A DNA stretch of 32,000 bases from Longivirga aurantiaca (GTDB lineage: Bacteria > Actinomycetota > Actinomycetes > S36-B12 > CAIYMF01). Below, in pieces: positions 24,449-32,000 of the stretch. The translations under genes and the position numbers were made by a program. The stretch covers positions 900,001 to 932,000 of the forward strand of contig NZ_JBHSTI010000008.1 of assembly GCF_042660085.1 (NCBI RefSeq). The letters are read 5' to 3'. Numbering within the stretch: position 1 is the stretch's first letter; each line of letters opens with the position of its first letter. Under the pieces are notes generated by a model. The model ran no database searches. It worked only from the letters and a program-made list of their open reading frames with translations, and had not been told where the DNA came from.

Positions 24449-24927
24449 CGGGTACCCCAGGTGTAGATCTGCTTGCGGAGCTTCAGGTAGACGAAGGTCT
24501 CCGTGTTTCGCACGCCCGGGATGGCCCGGACGCGGCGGTTGACCACCTCGAGGAGGTGGTCGTCGTCCTCGCACACGACTTCGGCGAGGATGTCGTAGCC
24601 GCCGGCGGTGATGACGAGGTAGTCGACCTCGGTCATCGCGGCCATCGCCTCGGCCACGGCTTCGACGTCCCCGTCGCAGCGGACGCCGAGCATGGCCGCG
24701 CGCGGGAACCCGACCTGCATCGGGTCGGTCACGGCGACGATCTGCATGACACCGGACTCGATGAGCCGCTGGACGCGCTGGCGCACGGCCGCCTCGGAGA
24801 GGCCGACGGCCTTCCCGATGGAGGCGTACGGCCGACGGCCGTCCTCCTGCAACTGCTCGATGATGGCCTTGCTCACGTCGTCCAGGTGGGCGTAGGCCAT
24901 CCGCTCCCGTGTCACCACGTCAGGCAT
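24445..24927 (-). CDS. Lrp/AsnC-family transcriptional regulator
   Basis: LDDVSKAIIEQLQEDGRRPYASIGKAVGLSEAAVRQRVQRLIESGVMQIVAV is the HTH_AsnC region, followed by a RAM/ACT-like domain. Start is ATG 24927 or ATG 24900. Confidence 0.9.
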   Translation of the reverse strand: MPDVVTRERMAYAHLDDVSKAIIEQLQEDGRRPYASIGKAVGLSEAAVRQRVQRLIESGVMQIVAVTDPMQVGFPRAAMLGVRCDGDVEAVAEAMAAMTEVDYLVITAGGYDILAEVVCEDDDHLLEVVNRRVRAIPGVRNTETFVYLKLRKQIYTWGTR

Positions 24928-25153
24928 CGTCCGGGATGCGAGGGGGGCTTGGCAAGCGAATCCGTGGTGAGTTCGGTGTTTTGTTGCGGATTCGGTGGCA
25001 AATCGGGTTCAGACCTGTCGAGAATCGAACCTGACGACTAAGGTGTGCGCAGCCGGGCATGCGACCAGCGACCCCCGGTGACCCCGTACGCACCCGCTCC
25101 GCCAGCATGGCCGGGCAGACCCATCGTCGCCACCGAACCCGAGAGGAAGACCC
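24928..25153. promoter_or_regulatory. Divergent control region between the Lrp operon and the aldehyde dehydrogenase gene
   Basis: 226 bp, locally AT-rich (gttcggtgttttgttgcgg). Inverted repeat cgaatccg (24957-24964) / cggattcg (24987-24994), plus further GAATC/AATCG copies at about 25001 and 25022. Confidence 0.45.
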
Positions 25154-26521
25154 ATGACCGACTACGCCGTCGTGAACCCTGCGACCGGCTCCGTCCTCAA
25201 GGAGTACCCGACGATCGGCGACGCCGATCTCGACAGCGCCGTGGCGCGCGCGCACGCCGCCCGCGGGCCCTGGGGCCGGGACACCACCGTCGCCGAGCGC
25301 GCGGCGGTCATCCGCCGCGTGGCCGAGCTGCACGAGGAGCGCAAGCAGGAGCTCGGCGAGATCATCTCCCGCGAGATGGGCAAGCCCGTGGCCCAGGGCG
25401 TGGGCGAGGTCGAGTTCAGCGCGGCCATCTACGAGTACTACGCCGACAACGCCGAGAAGTTCCTGGCCGACGAGCCGATCGACCTGCTCGCGGGCGAGGG
25501 CACCGCGGTCATCCGCCGCAGCCCCGTGGGCGTGCTGCTCGGGATCATGCCGTGGAACTTCCCCTACTACCAGGTCGCTCGTTTCGCGGGCCCGAACCTC
25601 ATCATCGGCAACACCGTGCTGCTCAAGCACGCGCCGCAGTGCCCCGAGTCGGCCGCCGCGATGGAGCAGATCTTCCGCGACGCCGGCGTGCCCGCCGACG
25701 CGTACATCAACATCTACGCCACCAACGACCAGGTCTCGAAGCTCATCGCCGACCCGCGCGTGCAGGGCATCTCCCTCACCGGCTCGGGCCGCGCCGGTGC
25801 CGCCGTCGCCGAGCAGGCCGGACGTCACTTGAAGAAGGTCGTCCTCGAGCTCGGTGGCAGCGACCCGTTCATCGTGCTCGGCACCGACGACATGGACGCC
25901 ACCGTCGAGGCCGCGACCACCGCGCGCATGGACAACGCCGGCCAGGCCTGCAACGCGGGCAAGCGCTTCATCGTCGTCGAGAACCTCTACGACGAGTTCG
26001 TCGAGAAGTTCACCGCCGCCGTGACCGGCATGCAGTACGGCGACCCGTCCGCCGAGGGCACGGCGTATGGCCCGCTGTCCTCCGCGCTCGCGGCGGACCG
26101 TCTCGAGGAGCAGGTGAAGCAGGCGACCGCCGACGGCGCGGTGCTCACCGGCGGTGCGCGCAACGGCAACTTCGTGCAGGGCGGTGTGCTCACCAACGTG
26201 CTGCCGGGCAACTCGGCGTACGGCCAGGAGCTCTTCGGCCCCATCGCGCAGGTCTACAAGGCCGCCGACGAGGCCGAGGCCGTCCGCCTCGCCAACGACA
26301 CCGAGTACGGCCTCGGCAGCTACGTCTTCACGAACGACTTGGAGCAGGCGCTGCGCGTCGCCGACCAGATCGAGGCCGGCATGGTGTTCGTCAACTGCGT
26401 CGGCGCCGACGGCGTCGAGCTGCCCTTCGGCGGCATCAAGGCCTCGGGCTTCGGTCGCGAGCTCGGCCGGTACGGCATGGAGGAGTTCGTCAACAAGAAG
26501 CTCATCCGCGTCAACGCCTGA
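25154..26521 (+). CDS. gabD: NAD(P)-dependent succinate-semialdehyde / aldehyde dehydrogenase
   Basis: [71 protein letters not shown]. The 455-aa length and overall layout resemble GabD1-type SSADH. Confidence 0.8.
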   Translation: MTDYAVVNPATGSVLKEYPTIGDADLDSAVARAHAARGPWGRDTTVAERAAVIRRVAELHEERKQELGEIISREMGKPVAQGVGEVEFSAAIYEYYADNAEKFLADEPIDLLAGEGTAVIRRSPVGVLLGIMPWNFPYYQVARFAGPNLIIGNTVLLKHAPQCPESAAAMEQIFRDAGVPADAYINIYATNDQVSKLIADPRVQGISLTGSGRAGAAVAEQAGRHLKKVVLELGGSDPFIVLGTDDMDATVEAATTARMDNAGQACNAGKRFIVVENLYDEFVEKFTAAVTGMQYGDPSAEGTAYGPLSSALAADRLEEQVKQATADGAVLTGGARNGNFVQGGVLTNVLPGNSAYGQELFGPIAQVYKAADEAEAVRLANDTEYGLGSYVFTNDLEQALRVADQIEAGMVFVNCVGADGVELPFGGIKASGFGRELGRYGMEEFVNKKLIRVNA

Positions 26522-26533
26522 CCCGCATCACGT

Positions 26534-26570
26534 ACGACGGCCCGCACCCCACGGGGGTGCGGGCCGTCGT
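26534..26570. terminator. Bidirectional terminator hairpin between convergent gabD-like and MFS genes
   Basis: Perfect 17-bp stem: acgacggcccgcacccc (26534-26550) / ggggtgcgggccgtcgt (26554-26570), loop acg, followed by tctc. Confidence 0.65.
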
Positions 26571-26587
26571 TCTCGACCGCGCAGGCT

Positions 26588-27823
26588 CTACTGCTCGGCA
26601 GACGGGGAGTGGGCGATGTAGGCGAGCTGGCGCCAGACCAGGGCGAGCGTGATGCCGGCGCCGACGAAGGCGAACCAGAAGGGCGCGGTGAGCCCCCAGG
26701 TCTGGGCGATCGCGCCCCCGAGCAGCTGGCCGAGCACGATGCCGCCGAAGACGCACACGCTGTAGACGCTGCCGACCCGGCCCTGCAGCTCCGTGGGGGT
26801 CGCGCGCTGGCGCACCGTCGTGGAGACCGCCCCCCAGACGAAGGCGTACGCCCCGAACACCACCATGATCGCGATCGCCACTGCGCCGGACGGCGCCAGC
26901 GCGAGGGACAGGTGCGTGACCACCTCGAGCAGCAGGCAGGTGCGCATCACGGTGGCGAGGTCGAACCGCCGTTCGATCCAGTCGTACGAGCCCGTGCTCA
27001 CGAGCCCGCCGACGGCAGCGGCCGAGGTCAGGAGGCCGTAGCCCACGGGGCCCATGCCCAGGTGGTCGAGGGCGTAGAGGACGAGCACCGACCAGGCGGC
27101 ACCCCAGGTGATGTTGAACGCCACGATGACGATCGCGAGGGTGCGGACGGCATCGTGGTGCCAGACCCAGCGCAGGCCCTCGCGGATGTCGCGCAGCACG
27201 TGCGTCTGCTCGTCGCCCCGTACTCCGCCCTTCGGCAGGGCGATGCGCGCGACGAGGACGACGGAGAACGCCACGAGCACGCCCTGCGTCACGAACGGCC
27301 ACGCGATGCCCGCGGCGAACAGGAACGCGCCGACGGGCGGCCCGACGATCTGGTTGGCGACGAGGAAGCTGCCCTGGAAGCGGGCGTTGCCGACGCCGAG
27401 GTCCTCGGGCGCCACGAGCATCGGCAGCAGCGTCTGGGACGACGTGTCGGCGAATACCTCCGCGACGCCCAGGAGCAGCATCGCCCCGAGGACGACTCCG
27501 ACGCTCACGTGCCCCGTGACGATGAACGTCGCGAGCACGGCGAGCACCACCGCGCGGGCGGCGTCCGACACCATCACGAGGCGCTTGCGGTCGACGCGGT
27601 CCGCGATCGCCCCGGCGTACAGGCCGAGGACGAGCCACGGGAACCGCTGCAGCAGGGCGGCGAGCGCGACGAGGAATGCGTTGCTGGTCAGCGAGGCCAC
27701 GAGCAGCGGGCCTGCGGCGAGGGCGACACCGTCGCCGATGTTGCTCGTCCAGGACGAGCCGAGCAGCCAGCGGAACCCCGTGCCCATGCGCGGGGGTGCG
27801 ACACGGTCGAGGAGGCGGCTCAC
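26588..27823 (-). CDS. MFS transporter (EntS/MFS_3-like)
   Basis: 411 aa, about 12 TM. N-terminus FRWLLGSSWTSNIGDGVALAAGPLLV...YAGAIADRVDRKRLM is typical of this MFS subfamily. Confidence 0.82.
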   Translation of the reverse strand: MSRLLDRVAPPRMGTGFRWLLGSSWTSNIGDGVALAAGPLLVASLTSNAFLVALAALLQRFPWLVLGLYAGAIADRVDRKRLVMVSDAARAVVLAVLATFIVTGHVSVGVVLGAMLLLGVAEVFADTSSQTLLPMLVAPEDLGVGNARFQGSFLVANQIVGPPVGAFLFAAGIAWPFVTQGVLVAFSVVLVARIALPKGGVRGDEQTHVLRDIREGLRWVWHHDAVRTLAIVIVAFNITWGAAWSVLVLYALDHLGMGPVGYGLLTSAAAVGGLVSTGSYDWIERRFDLATVMRTCLLLEVVTHLSLALAPSGAVAIAIMVVFGAYAFVWGAVSTTVRQRATPTELQGRVGSVYSVCVFGGIVLGQLLGGAIAQTWGLTAPFWFAFVGAGITLALVWRQLAYIAHSPSAEQ

Positions 27824-27946
27824 GAGAACGGGAGCCTACGGTCGGGCACGTCCGCGAGTCGCATGCGTTCCGGGCGCCTGCCTGACGCGGCGCGCCACCG
27901 TCGTCAAGGTCGTGCGGGTCCGGCGTACCTCTCCTAGCGTTCGCTC

Positions 27947-30124
27947 ATGACCTCGGACGAGCAGCGCACGGTCCACCGCGGATGCAACCTGTGCGAGGCG
28001 AGCTGCGGCCTCACGATCGAGGTGCGGGGGAGCGAGGTGCTCTCGATCCGCGGTGACGCCGACGACCCGATGTCCCAGGGCTACGTCTGCCCCAAGGGCA
28101 TCGCCCTGCAGGACCTGCAGACCGATCCCGACCGGCTGCGGACGCCGGTGCGCCGCCGGGACGACGGGACCTTCGAGCCGATCGGCTGGGACGAGGCGCT
28201 CGACCTCGTGGCTGACGGGCTGACGCGGATCCGCGACCGCGACGGCGGCGAGGCGATCTCGTTCTACCTGGGCAACCCGATCACGCACGGCTGGGCGCCC
28301 GTGACGCTCGTGCCCCTGCTCATGGATGCGCTGGACGTGAAGGCCCGCTACTCGGCCGCCAGCGTCGATCAGCAGCCGCAGCACCTGCTGTCGTACCTGC
28401 TGTACGGGTCACCGCTCCTGCTGCCGGTGCCCGACATCGACCGCACCGACCTGCTGCTCGTCGTCGGCGGCAATCCCGTGGTGTCGAACGGCTCGATCAT
28501 GACCGCGCCCGACATGCGCCGCCGCATCTCCGACCTGCAGGGCCGCGGCGGTCGCGTGGTCGTCGTCGACCCGCGCCGTTCCGAGACGGCCGACGTCGCC
28601 GACGAGCACATCGCCATCCGACCGGGCACCGACGTGTGGCTGCTCGCGGCGATGCTGACGACGCTGCAGGAGGAGGGCCTCGTGCGCCCCGGCCGCGCGT
28701 CCGGCTGGGTGGACGGGCTGCAGCAGGTGCTCGACGCCGTACGCCCCGTGACGGCCGAGCGCGCCGCAGCGGTCACCGGTGTGCCCGCCGAGACGATCCG
28801 GCGGCTGGCGGTCGAGCTCGGCACGGCTCGACGGGCTGCGGTGTACGGCCGCCTCGGTGTCACGCAGTCGGTCTTCGGCACGCCGGCGTACTGGCTCGTG
28901 CACGCCCTCAACATCGCCACCGGCCGCCTCGACGAGGTCGGCGGTGTGATGTTCTCGACGCCGGCGTTCGACCTGCCCGTCATCGGCGCGCGCACGACCG
29001 ACCTCATCGGCTACGACCGCTGGCGCTCGCGGGTGCGCGGCATCCCGGAGTTCTCGGCCGAGCTGCCGGTGGCCACCCTCGCCGACGAGATCCTCACGCC
29101 CGGCACGGGGCAGCTGCGTGCGCTCGTGCTGTACGCCGGCAACCCCGTGCTGTCCGCGCCCGACGGCACGCGGCTCGAGCAGGCGCTGCAGGACCTCGAG
29201 CTCTGCGTCGCCGTCGACTACTACGTGACGGAGTCGACGCGCCACGCCCACGTGATCCTCCCGCCGACCTCGCCGCTCGAGCGCGACGAGTTCGACGTCG
29301 TCTTCCCCGCCGTGAGCGTGCACAACTGGGTGCGCTGGAGCCCGGCGGCCGTCCCCGCGCCGGAGGGGTCGATGTCCGACGCCGACATCCTGCTCGCCCT
29401 GCTCGCGCGCGTCTGGCGTCGTACGCCGAAGACGCGGCGCACTGCCGCGGTGCGCGAGAAGGCGTTCCGCGGGCTCTTCCCGAAGCGGTTCGTCGACCTC
29501 GGGCTGCGCGCCGGTCCGCACGGCGCACGGAAGGGACGCTCGGGCCTCACGCTCGCGAAGGTGATGCGCGCCGAGCACGGCCTCGACCTCGGCCCGCTCG
29601 TGCGGCAGCTGCCCCAGCGGCTCATGACCGAACGGCACCGCATCCCGCTCGCGCACCCCGCCGTGCTGGCGGACTGGCCGCGCGTGCTCGCCGCCCTCGA
29701 GGAGCTCGAGGCCGGGCGTTCGGACGGCCGGGATCTGCTGCTCATCGGTCGACGGCATCTGCGCAGCAACAACTCGTGGATGCACAACAGCGCCCGTCTC
29801 ACCAAGGGCCGCAACCGATTCACGGTGCAGATGCACCCGGACGACGCCGCTGCGCGCGGCCTGGCGGACGGCGACACAGCCGTCATCAGCACCGATGTCG
29901 GCAGCATCGAGGTGCCGGTCGAGGTGACCGACCGCCTGATGCCCGGGGTGGTGAGCGTGCCGCACGGCTACGGCCACGACCGGGCCGGCACCCCGACGGG
30001 CTGGCGGCATGCGTCGTCGCTCGGCGGCGCGAGCGTGAACGACATCACGGACACGCAGCGGATCGACCCGCTGTCGGGCAACGCCGCGGTGCAGGCAGTG
30101 CCCGTGACCGTCTCGCGCGCCTGA
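27947..30124 (+). CDS. Molybdopterin (bis-MGD) oxidoreductase family protein
   Basis: N-terminal 4Fe-4S Mo/W-bisPGD motif CNLCEASCGL...YVCPKG, a molybdopterin-binding core, and a C-terminal beta-barrel (VQMHPDDAAARGLADGDTAVIST..GSIEVPVEVTDRLMPGVVSVPHGYG). The substrate is not inferable. Confidence 0.85.
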   Translation: MTSDEQRTVHRGCNLCEASCGLTIEVRGSEVLSIRGDADDPMSQGYVCPKGIALQDLQTDPDRLRTPVRRRDDGTFEPIGWDEALDLVADGLTRIRDRDGGEAISFYLGNPITHGWAPVTLVPLLMDALDVKARYSAASVDQQPQHLLSYLLYGSPLLLPVPDIDRTDLLLVVGGNPVVSNGSIMTAPDMRRRISDLQGRGGRVVVVDPRRSETADVADEHIAIRPGTDVWLLAAMLTTLQEEGLVRPGRASGWVDGLQQVLDAVRPVTAERAAAVTGVPAETIRRLAVELGTARRAAVYGRLGVTQSVFGTPAYWLVHALNIATGRLDEVGGVMFSTPAFDLPVIGARTTDLIGYDRWRSRVRGIPEFSAELPVATLADEILTPGTGQLRALVLYAGNPVLSAPDGTRLEQALQDLELCVAVDYYVTESTRHAHVILPPTSPLERDEFDVVFPAVSVHNWVRWSPAAVPAPEGSMSDADILLALLARVWRRTPKTRRTAAVREKAFRGLFPKRFVDLGLRAGPHGARKGRSGLTLAKVMRAEHGLDLGPLVRQLPQRLMTERHRIPLAHPAVLADWPRVLAALEELEAGRSDGRDLLLIGRRHLRSNNSWMHNSARLTKGRNRFTVQMHPDDAAARGLADGDTAVISTDVGSIEVPVEVTDRLMPGVVSVPHGYGHDRAGTPTGWRHASSLGGASVNDITDTQRIDPLSGNAAVQAVPVTVSRA

Positions 30125-30898
30125 TCAGACCGCGACGGCGAGGACCGGGGTCGTGGTCGGCGCGGCCGACCCGCCCTCGGGCTCGACCGTGACGCCGACG
30201 CCGGTGGCGCCGGCCAGCTCGCCCTGCAGGACGACGGCGCTGCGCTCGCCCGCCGGTACGAAGCCGGCCGACGTGGCGGCGCCGGAGTCCGAGAGGTACC
30301 AGATCTGGTACGTGCTGCCCGCGGGCGCGGGCGCCATGCCGTCGGTGACCAGCACCGACTTCCCGAGCGAGGCCGACGACACGACGGCCGCGCGACCGCC
30401 GGTCGTGACGCTCGCCGTGGTCGTCGTGGCGTCCGCCGCCGTCAGCACGGCGGTGACCTCGGCAGCCTGAGCCGACACGGAGTCGAGCTGGTTGTCGAGC
30501 TGCACCGCGCGGACGACCGCGCCACCGGCGACGAGCGCGAGAGCGGCGGCGACGCCGACGAGCCACGGCGAGGTACGGCGGGTGCGGCGCTCCCGGGCTG
30601 CGGCCAGGTCGTCGACCGGCGCATCGGTGCGAGCAGCCGGCTCGACCACCGGTGCCTCGCCGACCGGCGGCAGGGGCCGCACCTGCGAGATGCCGGCGAG
30701 CACGGACGACCGCAGCGACGGCGGGGGAGTCTCGGCGACGTCGAGCGCGAGCGCACCAGCGGCCTCGCGCAGCGAGCGGACCTCGTCGCGGCACGAGGCG
30801 CACGACTCGAGGTGCTCCTCGAAGGCAGCCGACTCGGCGGGCTCGAGGGCGTCGAGGGCGTACGCGCCGGACAGCGCGTGGACATCTGCGTTCGTCAT
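30125..30898 (-). CDS. rskA: Anti-sigma-K factor RskA
   Basis: ATG at 30898 overlaps the sigK stop (ATGA). The N-terminal zinc-finger-like anti-sigma domain is LSGAYALDALEPAESAAFEEHLESCASCRDEV. It is followed by a single TM segment (WLVGVAAALALVAGGAVV) and an extracytoplasmic RskA domain (YQIWYL...GVTVEPEGGS). Confidence 0.88.
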   Translation of the reverse strand: MTNADVHALSGAYALDALEPAESAAFEEHLESCASCRDEVRSLREAAGALALDVAETPPPSLRSSVLAGISQVRPLPPVGEAPVVEPAARTDAPVDDLAAARERRTRRTSPWLVGVAAALALVAGGAVVRAVQLDNQLDSVSAQAAEVTAVLTAADATTTTASVTTGGRAAVVSSASLGKSVLVTDGMAPAPAGSTYQIWYLSDSGAATSAGFVPAGERSAVVLQGELAGATGVGVTVEPEGGSAAPTTTPVLAVAV

Positions 30899-31506
30899 GC
30901 CTGCACCCCCAACGTGTCGCGGAGCCGGATCAGCCCGTCCCGCATCCTGGTCTTCACTGTCCCGAGCGGCACCCCGAGGAGGTCCGAGACCTCCCGGTGG
31001 GTGTAGCCGCCGTAGTAGGCCAGCGTGACAGCCTCTCGCTGCACGTCGGTCAGTGTCTCGAGGGCTCGCCGTACGCGGGCCTGCTCGAGCTTCGCCGTGA
31101 CCGCCTCGTCGACGACGTCGTACTCCGGGCCGTCGCCGACGGCGGCGTACCGGCGGTCGCGCTCGTGGGCGCTCTCGGCCGACCGCACCCGGTCGACCGA
31201 ACGGCGGTGCACGATCGTGAGCATCCAGGCCAGCGCCGACCCCCGTGCGGCGTCGAACCGGGCCGACTGCCTCCAGATCTCGAGGTACGCCTCCTGGGCG
31301 ACCTCCTCGGCCTGCGCCGGGTCGCGGACGACCCTGCGCGCGAGCCCGAAGACCTTGCTGCCGGTGAGGTCGTAGAGCTCGGCGAACGCGGCCTCGTCGC
31401 CGCGGCTCGATCTCGTCAGGAGCGAGGCCAGCACGCTGGCGAGCGGGGACGGGTCATCGCCGCCCGACGCATCGGGCGGGTCCGGCACCTCGATCTCCAC
31501 ACGCAC
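30895..31506 (-). CDS. sigK: ECF RNA polymerase sigma factor SigK
   Basis: GDEAAFAELYDLTGSKVFGLARRVVRDPAQAEEVAQEAYLEIWRQSARFDAARGSALAWMLTIVHRRSVDRVR...LAYYGGYTHREVSDLLGVPLGTVKTRMRDGL parallels mycobacterial SigK. The start is uncertain: GTG 31506, GTG 31500, or a GTG further downstream. The tracked ORF to 31977 is a shadow of the PucR gene. Confidence 0.88.
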   Translation of the reverse strand: MRVEIEVPDPPDASGGDDPSPLASVLASLLTRSSRGDEAAFAELYDLTGSKVFGLARRVVRDPAQAEEVAQEAYLEIWRQSARFDAARGSALAWMLTIVHRRSVDRVRSAESAHERDRRYAAVGDGPEYDVVDEAVTAKLEQARVRRALETLTDVQREAVTLAYYGGYTHREVSDLLGVPLGTVKTRMRDGLIRLRDTLGVQA

Positions 31507-31612
31507 AACACTCCCAGACCTCACCTCGTCGCACCTCCGTCCGCCTGCCCGGCTCCGCTCCGTCGCCGGGCGTCGTCGCTCTGTGTTCGGAGCCGGGGGG
31601 CGCGCGGATGGG

Positions 31613-32000
31613 TCAGCGGCGGATCGCGTCGAGCCCGAGCAGGGCGACGTGCAGCGAGAGGCACGACTCCACGGAGTCGAGGTCGACCGCGAGCACCTTC
31701 TCGATCTTGTGCAACCTCTCGTAGAAGCTGGGGCGCGACAGGTGCGCGGCATCCGCTGCCGCGGACTTGTTGCGGCCCGCGTTGAGGTATCCCCGGAGCA
31801 CGCCGACGAGGTCGGTGCCGTGCTGGGCGTCGTGCGCCAGCAGGGGGCCCAGCTCGCGCTCGACGAAGGTCTGCAGCCGGTCGTCGTCGCGCAGCAGGTG
31901 CAGGAGTCCGCGCAGCCGCACGTCGGGGAGGCGGTAGTAGGGCCGCGGGGAGGCGTCGTCGTCGGACGGCGCGGCATCGGCCACCTGCGCGGCCTCGAGG
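31613..32000 (-). CDS. PucR/CdaR-family transcriptional regulator, C-terminal HTH part (5' end outside the window)
   Basis: LVGVLRGYLNAGRNKSAAADAAHLSRPSFYERLHKIEKVLAVDLDSVESCLSLHVALL is the PucR C-terminal HTH domain. The frame is open to the window edge. Confidence 0.8.
   Translation of the reverse strand, partial: LEAAQVADAAPSDDDASPRPYYRLPDVRLRGLLHLLRDDDRLQTFVERELGPLLAHDAQHGTDLVGVLRGYLNAGRNKSAAADAAHLSRPSFYERLHKIEKVLAVDLDSVESCLSLHVALLGLDAIRR

Noticed and set aside
25016-25036. tRNA T-arm-like motif (minus strand GGTTCGATTCTC), possibly a tRNA gene or an att-site remnant
   Set aside because: The flanking bases do not form a T-stem. No complementary acceptor-stem sequence or anticodon arm is found within 80 nt on either side. 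This is most likely a chance match within the regulatory repeats.
31507-31612. Possible autoregulated ECF (SigK) promoter upstream of sigK
   Set aside because: I could not identify a convincing -35/-10 pair by eye, and I do not remember the SigK consensus reliably enough to call one.
1-32000. CRISPR arrays, rRNA/tRNA genes, IS elements/transposases, toxin-antitoxin pairs or known defence-system genes
   Set aside because: No spaced direct-repeat arrays, rRNA/tRNA-like structures or transposase/integrase-like translations were seen in any frame. The only mobility-associated gene is the DUF222-HNH endonuclease.

Overview
High-GC (about 70-74%) chromosomal segment, by inference from an actinobacterium of the Micrococcales type. 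Coding density is high, and many start/stop overlaps (ATGA, GTGA, TGATG) link adjacent genes.

Layout:
- 1-8431: the conserved translation/envelope block. It comprises a divergent M23 peptidase, rpsB-tsf-pyrH-frr-cdsA-rlmN, and then a PrpE-like propionyl-CoA synthetase.
- 8.5-11.5 kb: an orphan gene, a 23-bp inverted repeat, a DUF222/HNH endonuclease and a short CDF-like transporter. The last two genes have atypical codon usage, so this looks like a small acquired island.
- 11.5-14.5 kb: a gcdH / CoA-transferase / GntR glutarate-type operon with a perfect palindrome in its promoter.
- 20.9-26.5 kb: an Lrp-controlled amine/GABA-type catabolic cluster.
- 26.6-32 kb: an MFS transporter, a molybdopterin oxidoreductase, sigK-rskA and a partial PucR-type regulator.

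The most unusual region is 17.1-20.8 kb. Four genes are translationally fused on the minus strand: an Lgt (prolipoprotein diacylglyceryl transferase) family protein, a Pro-rich small membrane protein, a Zn-ribbon radical-SAM enzyme and a 3-TM small protein. An ICMT/PEMT-family membrane methyltransferase is transcribed divergently from them. I do not recognise this combination as a described system. I propose it as a candidate lipid- or lipoprotein-tailoring cassette.

Most other long ORFs in the six-frame track are high-GC shadow frames. No rRNA, tRNA, CRISPR array or transposase was found.
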